Of a DNA stretch of 32,000 bases, positions 21,593 through 30,425 are shown piece by piece; position 1 is the stretch's first letter; every line of letters begins with the position of its first letter. The DNA comes from Psychrobacter sp. DM4 (GTDB lineage: Bacteria; Pseudomonadota; Gammaproteobacteria; Pseudomonadales; Moraxellaceae), in contig NZ_CP195536.1 of the NCBI RefSeq assembly GCF_051307035.1, positions 2,550,001-2,582,000 of the forward strand. The letters are read 5' to 3'. Below the pieces are notes generated by a model that saw nothing but the letters and a program-made list of their open reading frames with translations, had not been told where the DNA came from and ran no database searches. The position numbers and the translations under genes are program-made.

Positions 21593-22396
21593 ATGTCAAG
21601 CTACTCATTCTCTCAACAATTTTACCAGCGCTGGACGTGTGCGCCCGAGCTGATACGCTCGGCTATTATCCAAGAGCTCACTGATATCACAACATTACTT
21701 CAGCCTAATACCTCATTCGAAGATTTTGTCTTTGATACGCATGATTTGGACGCCCATCTCGATGAGTTGTATGACAATCATCATGCAGAAGAAGCTATCG
21801 CTAAAGCCATCGCAGATAAACAAGCTGCCGATGCGGCTGAAGCCCTACGTCTAGAAGAGCAAGAACAGATAAAGGCTAAAAAGGCGCAAGAGAAAAAAGA
21901 AGCTTTGGAGGCAAGAGAGGCGGAAGAGAAGCGCAAACTCCAAGAGCAGATAGACAAACAGCAAGCGAGTGAGAGTGCAAGTGAAAGTAAGAACAACTCT
22001 ACAGTTGAATACAACGTAAAAAATAACACCACTATAAGTGATGAAGCTGATAACGCTAATAAAGAAACAGATAGCTCAGACGACAAAATTGATACGGCTA
22101 CTGACAATAGTATAAGTGCAATCACTCAAAATGCGCGCACGCATACCGCTATTCATTTGTCTTTGAGTGACAAAAGACTAGGCACGGATCATGGGAGTCT
22201 GATTCGTGAGCTTGAAACGAGTATTGACGACTACGTTAGCGAGCAAATGATGCTAATCTCTGAGAATCTCAAATCTTGGATGCGTGCTGAAGTCACTCAG
22301 CGCTTGGCTATCGCCGATCAAGTAGATACTCACAAAGAAGAAACTGCTCAAAGAAATAAAGAAGAGCCACTTGATGATGAGAATAACAAAGAATAG
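21593..22396 (+). CDS. hypothetical acidic protein with a charged Glu/Lys/Ala-rich central helix
   Basis: ORF from 21581. The ATG at 21593 (MSSYSF...) has a GGAAGA RBS. Central run is AEALRLEEQEQIKAKKAQEKKEALEAREAEEKRKLQEQ, followed by a Ser/Asp/Asn-rich low-complexity stretch. Confidence 0.55.
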   Translation: MSSYSFSQQFYQRWTCAPELIRSAIIQELTDITTLLQPNTSFEDFVFDTHDLDAHLDELYDNHHAEEAIAKAIADKQAADAAEALRLEEQEQIKAKKAQEKKEALEAREAEEKRKLQEQIDKQQASESASESKNNSTVEYNVKNNTTISDEADNANKETDSSDDKIDTATDNSISAITQNARTHTAIHLSLSDKRLGTDHGSLIRELETSIDDYVSEQMMLISENLKSWMRAEVTQRLAIADQVDTHKEETAQRNKEEPLDDENNKE

Positions 22397-22426
22397 TGGT
22401 TTAAGTGCTGTTTGGATTTATCTTAA

Positions 22427-22465
22427 TAAAAAAGCGCTATCATTTAAATGACAGCGCTTTTTTTG
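22427..22465. terminator. bidirectional terminator shared by convergent genes
   Basis: A6, then AGCGCTATCAT (22433-22443), TTAA loop, ATGACAGCGCT (22448-22458), then T7. 11-bp stem with one mismatch. Confidence 0.85.
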
Positions 22466-22478
22466 GCAAATCTAAAGG

Positions 22479-24302
22479 TTAAATAGCTTGCGTACGCTGG
22501 GTCAGCCACTCTAAAGCTTCTCCCTCAGTGCGATTTTTTAGCTCAATATAGACTTGGCTGTGATAATCGTTGAGCCAGTCAAGCTCTACTTGATCTAACA
22601 GTGACTTGTCGATTAAACGCGTATCTATAGGACAATAAGTCACCGTCTCAAACTGTAAAAACTGACCAAACTCGCTAGGCTCAGATATCAGCGTATTGAC
22701 CACTAAGTTTTCAATACGAATACCCCATTTGCCCTCGCGGTACAATCCTGGCTCGTTACTGGTGAGCATTCCTGCTCGCATCGCTCGCTCCTTGGTATTA
22801 CTCGCATTGTATGAGATACCTTGCGGGCCTTCGTGCACGTTTAAAAAATAACCCACGCCGTGTCCTGTACCATGACCGTAGTCCATCTGCGCTTGCCACA
22901 ATGGCGCACGGCAAATCGCATCAATAGCGGGCGAGCTGATACCCTCAGGGAATTTTGCGCGTGCTAGAGCGATATGTGATTTGAGCACTAGCGTAAAGTC
23001 GCGCTTGTGCTCGCTTGTGACTGTGCCAATGCCAACCACACGGGTGATATCAGTCGTACCATTTTGGTATTGAGCACCTGAATCAATAAGTAGTAGACCG
23101 CCCTTAGCGATATCAAGGGTGCTAAAATTCTCTGGCGTTGCGCGGTAATGCGGTAAGGCGCCATTTTCATTGAAGCCTGCAATCGTCGGAAAGCTTGGTG
23201 AGACGTAGTTTGGCTGCTGAATACGCACCTCAATCAGCATACGATCAACATCCAATTCGCTTAAATGCTCACCCTTATCTAATCGTGCCTCAAAGTTACT
23301 AAAGAATTCACATAGCGCTGCGCCATCTTGACGCATGGCTTCGCGAACATGCTCGATGTCAGACTCTGACTTGATAGATTTTAGCATAGTGCTCGGTGCT
23401 ATTTGCTCAATGAATCCAACATCATCGACAATTTTGGACAACGTACCTACTGCGATTTTGCTTGGATCTAACAACAGCAAATCGTTAGGCGTCAACTGCC
23501 CTAGTGCGCCTTTTATGTCGTCGTAATTCGCCAGACTAATTCCGCTCTCTTTTAGAGATTTTTCGATGTCACTGCTGACCTTAGTAGTATCAATAAATAA
23601 CGTCGCTCTATCATCGCTAATGAGCATATGTGATAAAAACACAGGATTGTAATCGACATCAGACCCGCGTAAGTTAGTCAGCCAAGCAATATCATCCAAG
23701 CTAGATAGTAGATGATGGGTCGCGCCAGCATCAGTCATACCTGCGCGAACGGCTGCAAGTTTTGACGCCGCAGACTGCGCGACAAACTGCGCCTCGTGCT
23801 GATACAGTTTTGCCGTCGGTAGCGTAGGACGATCCGTCCAAACCACGTTCAACACATCGCGATCTGTGATTAAAGTTATATTCCTACTATCAAAAGCGTC
23901 TAATAATTTATCTTGATCGCTGATAGATAGCACATTACCATCAACTGCTACACTATCGCCTTCTTGCAACTGGTTGGCTAGCCATTCAATATGATTGAGA
24001 TTACCGGGTGCCAGTTTTTGTAATGCAATACCCGTCTCAGACAGTTCAGCCGCCGCATGCACCCAATAGCGGCTGTCCGTCCATAAACCTGCAAAGTCAG
24101 CAGTGACCAATAAAATACCGAAGGAGCCCGTAAATCCTGATAACCACTGACGCGCTTGCCAATATTCAGGTAAGTATTCAGACAAGTGAGGATCGGCAGT
24201 TGGAATAATAAGCGCGTTCAAATCTTGTGCTTTTAGCATAGCTTGTACCTTTTCAATACGCAGCTTAATATTGGTTTTGGCCGTTGGGGCTTGGGTAGAC
24301 AT
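22479..24302 (-). CDS. M24B family metallopeptidase (Xaa-Pro aminopeptidase-like, long form with N-terminal creatinase/prolidase-type domains)
   Basis: 607 aa. Metal-ligand motifs LIDSGAQYQNGTTDITR, HGTGHGVGYFLNVHEGP, SNEPGLY, IRIENLV. RBS GAAGAGG. Confidence 0.85.
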   Translation of the reverse strand: MSTQAPTAKTNIKLRIEKVQAMLKAQDLNALIIPTADPHLSEYLPEYWQARQWLSGFTGSFGILLVTADFAGLWTDSRYWVHAAAELSETGIALQKLAPGNLNHIEWLANQLQEGDSVAVDGNVLSISDQDKLLDAFDSRNITLITDRDVLNVVWTDRPTLPTAKLYQHEAQFVAQSAASKLAAVRAGMTDAGATHHLLSSLDDIAWLTNLRGSDVDYNPVFLSHMLISDDRATLFIDTTKVSSDIEKSLKESGISLANYDDIKGALGQLTPNDLLLLDPSKIAVGTLSKIVDDVGFIEQIAPSTMLKSIKSESDIEHVREAMRQDGAALCEFFSNFEARLDKGEHLSELDVDRMLIEVRIQQPNYVSPSFPTIAGFNENGALPHYRATPENFSTLDIAKGGLLLIDSGAQYQNGTTDITRVVGIGTVTSEHKRDFTLVLKSHIALARAKFPEGISSPAIDAICRAPLWQAQMDYGHGTGHGVGYFLNVHEGPQGISYNASNTKERAMRAGMLTSNEPGLYREGKWGIRIENLVVNTLISEPSEFGQFLQFETVTYCPIDTRLIDKSLLDQVELDWLNDYHSQVYIELKNRTEGEALEWLTQRTQAI

Positions 24303-24440
24303 AGAACCTCTTCATTGGTATGGGAAATGACGTCACAAATGGATTGTAATACTACCTATCTGGGGATGAGCGCTTGTTTCTAAACCGCGCTCATTTGTAT
24401 GCACGGTCTTTATACAAAGTCGCTGTTAAAACTTAAACAC

Positions 24441-24477
24441 AAAAAAACTCGCCATCACAATATGAAGGCGAGTTTTT
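24441..24477 (-). terminator. terminator downstream of the acidic membrane-anchored protein gene (hairpin with flanking A and T runs)
   Basis: A7, then CTCGCC (24448-24453), 13-nt loop, GGCGAG (24467-24472), then T5. Confidence 0.65.
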
Positions 24478-24517
24478 GGTAGCTAGTGAGCCGTATGCTA
24501 CTTGAATAACTGATCGT

Positions 24518-24976
24518 TTACTCTACGATATTACCTTCAAGATCACCATCCGCTTGCTCAGCGCTTAGATCTATTCCTGCTGTCGCATCTTGAACGGCTG
24601 CCTGATCAACCACACCGTCCGCAGTCGCTTCAGCTGCTTGTGTGGCAACGATAGCATCTCCTGTACTTGGATCAGGAGTAACCGTTGCAGCGCCTACCGT
24701 TTGATCCTCTACCGCTGCTGACTCTCCAGCACCCAAATTCATATCTTCTGCTGTATCGTCAGTTGCAGCAGCTGGCGCGGTATCTTCAGCAATGATAGCT
24801 TCTGCATTCTCAGCAGCGACAGATTCGTCGTTAGCTTCTGCAGTGATATGCTCACCTGCTGGGCGCATATAAGCAGACACAACAATAAGTAAAACGATGG
24901 CTAAGAACATTCCTACGCCAACTAAGGCGAACATGAACTCTTTTTTTGGATTGTTGTTGATGATATCTTCTGACAT
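24518..24976 (-). CDS. hypothetical single-pass membrane protein with an extremely acidic Ala/Asp/Glu/Thr-rich tail
   Basis: 152 aa. TM helix FMFALVGVGMFLAIVLLIVVSAYM, then about 110 residues with no Lys or Arg. RBS AAGGTGGA. Confidence 0.6.
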   Translation of the reverse strand: MSEDIINNNPKKEFMFALVGVGMFLAIVLLIVVSAYMRPAGEHITAEANDESVAAENAEAIIAEDTAPAAATDDTAEDMNLGAGESAAVEDQTVGAATVTPDPSTGDAIVATQAAEATADGVVDQAAVQDATAGIDLSAEQADGDLEGNIVE

Positions 24977-25156
24977 ACCTTATCCACCTTGGACAAAAAA
25001 TATTTTAAATTTGACCTATTATATCGCAATTTTTACTGATTTGTGAAAACCCTTAACCATTTAAAGGTATTATTCGTAAAAATATAGCCCGCGACTACTT
25101 ATAGCTAGCGAGTGCTTATAGCTAGTAACTACTTCTAGCAACGAGCTATGCCTTTG

Positions 25157-26770
25157 TTATCTTTTGGTAGGGTGCTGCACTTGAGCACGTATACTGCTGC
25201 GACGACCTAAATAGCTGAGCAGTAGTAATAACGCGATGATAATCAAAATAGGATAATGACCAAAACGCATAAAGGGAGTATTGCCTACTCGCGCTTGAAT
25301 ATCACCGCGTAATACCGTGCGCTCAAACTGCGGGGCGCGCTCGACGATACGACCCTTGTGATCAATGATAGCGGTGACTCCCGTATTGGTCGCGCGCATA
25401 AACCAGCGCCCATTCTCTAAGGCACGCATCTGCACCATTTGCAAATGCTGCAACGGTCCTGCTGAGGTGCCAAACCAAGCGTCATTGGATATGGTCAATA
25501 AAAAGTCTGTACCAATGGCGTTTTTGCGGGTGGTATCAGGATAAGCGACCTCATAACAAATGGCCGTACCCAGATTGTGACCACGTACACGTAACGGCGC
25601 TTGCTGATCACTGCCTTCGCTATAGCTTAGAACATCCTTACTGCCTGCAAGATCAGGGAGGATATCGAGCATACCTTCGAACGGGATGTACTCTCCAAAC
25701 GGGACTAGGCGCTGCTTTTTGTATATACCCTCAGCCTCGCTACCTAATGCAATGACGCTATTATAAAAAGGCGCATATTTATCTGTAGTAGGATCAAACG
25801 CTGCTTCGTCTTTGTAAGGGATACCGGTGACCCACGTAGTATCGGTCTCATTAGCCATTTTTACCATTTCATTGATAAAGCCAACCGCATCCGTTTGAAA
25901 CATAGGAATGGAAGACTCAGGCCACAAGACAATGTCGCGTCCCCATTCGCTGCGAGTTAATTTTGCATAAATTTTGAGCGTCTCTACCTGAAACTCAGTG
26001 AGCCATTTTAGGTCTTGTGGAATATTACCCTGAATTAAGGATACAGAAAGATCAGGCGTACCTTTAGGCTTAGTCCACTGCGGATTGATAAGCCATAGGG
26101 AGGTACTGATAACCAAAAGCGCTATCGATGCGATCATATAACCGCCGCGGCGACATAATAGCTCAACCATACTAGCGGCTAATAATACAGCTACAAAAGA
26201 TACCGTAAACACGCCGCCAACAGGTGCTAATGACGAGAGCCAATACTGCTCGGTAAAAGCATAACCAACAAACAACCAAGGAAAACCCGTAAATAGCCAA
26301 GTCTTTAGCCATTCTTGTACTATCCATAGCGCAGCGAAAGAGAACGGCTGACGACCCACAAAACGATTAAATATGAGCGCCAAGAATCCATGGAATAACC
26401 CCATACCCAGACCCATAATCGCAATCAAGATAAGCGCAAGCCACATAGGCGTATTGCCATAAACATGGATTGAGGTATATAGCCAAAACGCACCTACGCA
26501 CCACAGCCCCATACCATAGGCTTCACCGATAATAAAAGCACGACGTCCACGCATCTGCGGCATGAGTAGCGCATACAAAATTGCAGGCGACACGATAGCA
26601 AGCGGCCAAACGCCATAAGGTGCAAGCGCCAAAGTGAACATTGCCCCTGCAAGCCAAGCTAGTACAAGTGTCACGCCAAGTGGCATAGTCTTGGCTTTGG
26701 CTGGATTTAGACGCTTTTGTAAATCAGTGGTAGACAGACGCATATCGATATCCAAAACCTTAAAAGTCAA
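25157..26770 (-). CDS. lnt: apolipoprotein N-acyltransferase
   Basis: Polytopic N-terminal domain plus a CN-hydrolase domain with WPE (Glu), K in YKKQRLVPFGEYIP, and catalytic Cys in AICYE. Start is uncertain (26770 or 26743). Confidence 0.92.
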   Translation of the reverse strand: MTFKVLDIDMRLSTTDLQKRLNPAKAKTMPLGVTLVLAWLAGAMFTLALAPYGVWPLAIVSPAILYALLMPQMRGRRAFIIGEAYGMGLWCVGAFWLYTSIHVYGNTPMWLALILIAIMGLGMGLFHGFLALIFNRFVGRQPFSFAALWIVQEWLKTWLFTGFPWLFVGYAFTEQYWLSSLAPVGGVFTVSFVAVLLAASMVELLCRRGGYMIASIALLVISTSLWLINPQWTKPKGTPDLSVSLIQGNIPQDLKWLTEFQVETLKIYAKLTRSEWGRDIVLWPESSIPMFQTDAVGFINEMVKMANETDTTWVTGIPYKDEAAFDPTTDKYAPFYNSVIALGSEAEGIYKKQRLVPFGEYIPFEGMLDILPDLAGSKDVLSYSEGSDQQAPLRVRGHNLGTAICYEVAYPDTTRKNAIGTDFLLTISNDAWFGTSAGPLQHLQMVQMRALENGRWFMRATNTGVTAIIDHKGRIVERAPQFERTVLRGDIQARVGNTPFMRFGHYPILIIIALLLLLSYLGRRSSIRAQVQHPTKR

Positions 26771-26894
26771 AAAATCTTGAGTCTTACTAAAATAAAATTT
26801 GCCTATAATAGCAGATAATTGGTCAAATAGATGACTACGGACACAAGAGCCGTGGTATCACAGAAGACCCGTAATGTAAAAATTTTATCTGACA

Positions 26895-26934
26895 GAATAC
26901 AAAAAACACGACCGCAATCGTGTTTTTCGTATTC
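26895..26934 (-). terminator. long hairpin terminator between corC and lnt (bidirectional in form)
   Basis: GAATACAAAAAACACGA (26895-26911) pairs with TCGTGTTTTTCGTATTC (26918-26934). 17-bp stem with one mismatch and a 6-nt loop. The A and T runs form part of the arms. Confidence 0.7.
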
Positions 26935-27009
26935 TTCAATTATTTGCTTTTTGAGTATTTGCTTAGGCATGAAGCCAGTGGCTACTTACTAGTTAACACT
27001 GATTATTCA

Positions 27010-27909
27010 TCAATGACTACCTATCAATATCTGTTGATCAGCACCGATCTTGGTCAGCTCCAAGTTTTGAATAAAGCGTCCTTCAGCATCCGTTATCGTG
27101 ATCTGCCAATCGTCTATCTTGACGCTCTCACCTTGTAAGTCGCCAACATAACCCAAAGTCTGCATCACAAGGCCACCCATCGTATCGACATCAGTGTCAT
27201 CAAACTGCGACCCTAACTCATCATTGCAATCCTCTATCACTGTCGATGCTTGTACTCGCCAAGTATTGGGTTTGTCAGGATCGGCGATGATATTATTAAT
27301 GTCGCTATCTTCGTCAAAATCGTCGTGCTCATCCACGATGTCGCCGACGATCTCCTCAAGCAAATCCTCCATCGTAACCACACCGCCAAAATTACCAAAC
27401 TCATCAACGACGATCGCCATGTGTACTTGGGTGCGTTGCAAGGAGCGTAGCAAAGTATCAGAACGAGCATTTTCACTAATGTATAGCGGCTGACGCACCA
27501 AGTCTTTTAGGCGTTTGCTATCAATTTTGTCATCCTGATCGCGCAACATATGTACCAAAATAGGAATCAGATCTTTGGCAAGTAAAATACCGATAACCGC
27601 ATCATCATCCTGACTATCAAATACAGGATAGCGCGAATGAGTCGTATCGAGGATAATGTCCATCACCTCAGCGAGGCTCGTACTCTCGTGAAGACTTACA
27701 ACTTGCGGACGTGGCGTCATAATCTCGCGCACTTGAGTGGCGGGTAAGTCCAAGACACCCTCCAACATATCGACGGTATCAGGTTCTAGAAATTGACGAG
27801 ATTGTTGCACCAAACTGATCAATTCGTCACGGGTTTCGGGGGCGGTCGATAGCCAGCGTTTTAAGCCGCGCATCGACCAACTACTCGGGCTAGGGGCGTC
27901 GTCAGACAT
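27010..27909 (-). CDS. corC: CorC/HlyC family protein (tandem CBS domains plus CorC_HlyC C-terminal domain)
   Basis: 299 aa. VREIMTPR, HSRYPV, MAIVVDEFGNFGGVVTMEDLLEEIVGDI, C-terminal GRFIQNLELTK-type domain. Lies upstream of lnt, as in the E. coli ybeZYX-lnt locus. Confidence 0.9.
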   Translation of the reverse strand: MSDDAPSPSSWSMRGLKRWLSTAPETRDELISLVQQSRQFLEPDTVDMLEGVLDLPATQVREIMTPRPQVVSLHESTSLAEVMDIILDTTHSRYPVFDSQDDDAVIGILLAKDLIPILVHMLRDQDDKIDSKRLKDLVRQPLYISENARSDTLLRSLQRTQVHMAIVVDEFGNFGGVVTMEDLLEEIVGDIVDEHDDFDEDSDINNIIADPDKPNTWRVQASTVIEDCNDELGSQFDDTDVDTMGGLVMQTLGYVGDLQGESVKIDDWQITITDAEGRFIQNLELTKIGADQQILIGSH

Positions 27910-28178
27910 GGTGATGTGATTTAACCTCTTAATTGATGATTTTACGATTAATGGTATCTAAATATATAAATGCAACAGATGGTAGCTCTAGACGCTCATT
28001 TTGAAACTGAAAATCTAATGCATCATTTGCTAAGTGGGTTGCTCTAAAAAACGACGCTTTGCAAATTAGTTTCACTTTATCGTAAGGCTAACAGACATTC
28101 AACGACAAATTTATCCAAATTGTATTGCCAGTGTGTTATAAACTTTAATCAAAACCTCTACTAAGTTACTTTACGCTT

Positions 28179-29453
28179 ATGTCACTACGCTCGTTGTTTT
28201 CTCGTCTATTATCCGTCCATTCTGACGACGCGCCTTTGAATACTCAAGGGTTGGATAATCGACGCTCAAAACTCAAATGGTGGCACTATATTGCTTGGGT
28301 GTTGATTGCTGTAACGTTGATACTATCTGCCGTTTGGTTATTACTGGCTATTTGGTATCAGTTTGGCGCGTACAGCCCCGTTACTTGGATGGTGACCGCT
28401 GTTGTCTTGGGATTATTGATACCGCTGCTATCAGCAAAATATTTATCCAAGCTCATCAATAAGATGACGGATAGAGAAGGCAATAGAACCATCAGTACGA
28501 TAAGAACTAGAAGAGTATTGGCTGGTAGTTATGTTTTGGTATGGATTATCAGTCTGGTTTGGTTTTTCTCTATTGAACCCAGTCATGATCGCAATTGGAT
28601 GTCTGAGGTTAGCCAAAGAGTGACTTATGAACGTGATATAAACAATCCTAATCTAGTTACTTTCTCTAATGTGCGTAACTTTGATTGGCATACCGATGTC
28701 GAGGCCACCGAGCGCTGGGAGACGCGTACCGTTGATATGTCTAAATTATCTGGCGTCGATGTGTCCAACTCATATTGGATGGGACCACTGATTGCACATA
28801 CGCTAGTCAGCTTTCGTTTTGAGAATGATAGACCGCTCTCGTTTTCATTTGAGATTCGTAAAGAAGAGGGTGAGTCGTTCTCAGCGCTGGCTGGATTCTT
28901 TCGCCGCTATGAGCTTAGCTTGATCGCATCGGAGGAGCGCGATATTATCTATACGCGTAGCAATGCGCGCGGCGAGCAGGTGTATCTATTTCCTATTAGC
29001 CATTTGCAACGCCACGAGGTTCAGTCGCTATTTGAGTCCTATTTGACGGCGGCTGATGAGCTCAATGCCAAGCCTGCGTGGTACAACACCTTTACTAGCA
29101 ACTGTACCAACATTATCTTTTATATGGCGCGTATCGTCAGCGGTGATCGTCTGCCGTGGGATTATCGCATTTGGGTCTCAGGCTGGTTGCCCAATTATCT
29201 GTTCGATGTCGGTATGCTTGGCGGCAATACTACAGAGCAAGGACAGTCTTGGTCGATGGATACGTGGTATGAGCACACTCATATTAATCCTAAAGTTCAA
29301 GGGTTTGATAATCGGATCGAGCGCGTAGTAGATGCTCGTAGTAGTGAATTCTCTACCCAAATTCGCCAAGGCATTCCTATCCCGCCTCTTGCTGACTCTG
29401 AAATAGAGGCTGAAAGCAGTGCGAAATCTGCGGCGCTGGCGTCACAAGAGTAG
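28179..29453 (+). CDS. DUF4105 (Lnb N-terminal-domain-like) membrane protein
   Basis: 424 aa. Three N-terminal TM helices, then VRNFDWH...W..R..D, SF.FE...ESFSALAGFFRRYELSLIASEERDIIYTRSNARGEQVYLFPI and FTSNCTN, which I recognise as the DUF4105 pattern. No RBS seen. Confidence 0.6.
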   Translation: MSLRSLFSRLLSVHSDDAPLNTQGLDNRRSKLKWWHYIAWVLIAVTLILSAVWLLLAIWYQFGAYSPVTWMVTAVVLGLLIPLLSAKYLSKLINKMTDREGNRTISTIRTRRVLAGSYVLVWIISLVWFFSIEPSHDRNWMSEVSQRVTYERDINNPNLVTFSNVRNFDWHTDVEATERWETRTVDMSKLSGVDVSNSYWMGPLIAHTLVSFRFENDRPLSFSFEIRKEEGESFSALAGFFRRYELSLIASEERDIIYTRSNARGEQVYLFPISHLQRHEVQSLFESYLTAADELNAKPAWYNTFTSNCTNIIFYMARIVSGDRLPWDYRIWVSGWLPNYLFDVGMLGGNTTEQGQSWSMDTWYEHTHINPKVQGFDNRIERVVDARSSEFSTQIRQGIPIPPLADSEIEAESSAKSAALASQE

Positions 29454-29495
29454 ATAACAGGATAATAACTAAGCCGCATTCGATAGAATTAATGA

Positions 29496-30293
29496 TTAAA
29501 GCGTAGTTATACGATTTTTAGGAAACTCTACAACCACAGGATGTCCAACAAGCTCCGTTAATTCAGCTTCTAGACGCTCTCGCTCGGCTTCATCTGATAT
29601 TTTACGATAGATCATGACATTGATGGTATTGGTCATTGGACTAAAACCAATCGTTTGGGTATCAGGATAACGCTTTAATATCTCAGGCCACGCTTTTTCT
29701 TGTAGAGCCATAATCTGCTGCTGACTTTTATCACTACTCGCTTGAATATAAATAGGAATTGAGAAACGGTTAAATTCATCTTGCTTAAAATGATAGACAA
29801 ACTTTGAAGGGATAGCTTGCACTGAGGTCAATGTGGTTATTTTGATGGAAAACTCATTGGGATTATTATTTTCATAATAAATAGCGGCAACCGACTCACC
29901 CAAATACTCTGCGACCGCTTGAATCAAGGGCATACTGATGCCTTGTAGTAACAATCGTTGCTGCGCCTCAGTTATCGTGACGTCAAATTCTTGTGCATAA
30001 AACCAAGGAGCGGCATTCCTTTCTTCTTCTGATAGGATATTTAAGTAATAATCTGCTAATGGTTCCTCTTGATATTTTTGGTCAGCTACCGCCTCTATTT
30101 TTTGCCAGTCTATAGTCGTGGTTATTGCAGGTTCAGCCACTGGCTTATCGGACATCACTGAATCTGAAGCCACCTTTGTAGGCATAGTTTGCATCGTATT
30201 CGCCTTAGTTTTAGCCACAGACGAGGTATTGGAGCAGGCGCTCAGTAACACAATACTTAGCATCAAACTTCCTGTTAAATAGCTTTTATTCAT
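29496..30293 (-). CDS. hypothetical lipoprotein
   Basis: 265 aa. Signal peptide ending in lipobox LLSAC (Cys20). RBS AAGGA. No family recognised. Confidence 0.7.
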   Translation of the reverse strand: MNKSYLTGSLMLSIVLLSACSNTSSVAKTKANTMQTMPTKVASDSVMSDKPVAEPAITTTIDWQKIEAVADQKYQEEPLADYYLNILSEEERNAAPWFYAQEFDVTITEAQQRLLLQGISMPLIQAVAEYLGESVAAIYYENNNPNEFSIKITTLTSVQAIPSKFVYHFKQDEFNRFSIPIYIQASSDKSQQQIMALQEKAWPEILKRYPDTQTIGFSPMTNTINVMIYRKISDEAERERLEAELTELVGHPVVVEFPKNRITTL

Positions 30294-30349
30294 ATCTAAT
30301 CCTTAGGTTATGAATTTTTACAAAATGAGATAAATAACAAATACACAAT

Positions 30350-30378
30350 TATAAAATGCTGGGCTAAAAGCGCCAGCC
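30350..30378 (-). terminator. weak candidate terminator downstream of ycgN
   Basis: The minus strand reads GCTGG...CCAGC, a short stem, followed by ATTTTAT. Confidence 0.3.
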
Positions 30379-30425
30379 TACAACAAAAAGCTAAATCATT
30401 GAAAATGAAGTGAGTTTAATAGCAA

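Noticed and set aside
21781-22125. 114-aa minus-strand ORF (Ser/Leu/Ala-rich) antisense to the acidic protein gene.
   Set aside because: It is the mirror image of a GAA/GCA-rich low-complexity coding run. Such antisense frames stay open by composition alone.
26920-27138. 72-aa plus-strand ORF spanning the corC-lnt gap and the corC 3' end.
   Set aside because: It starts inside the terminator hairpin, is antisense to corC, and has a low-complexity AT-rich translation.
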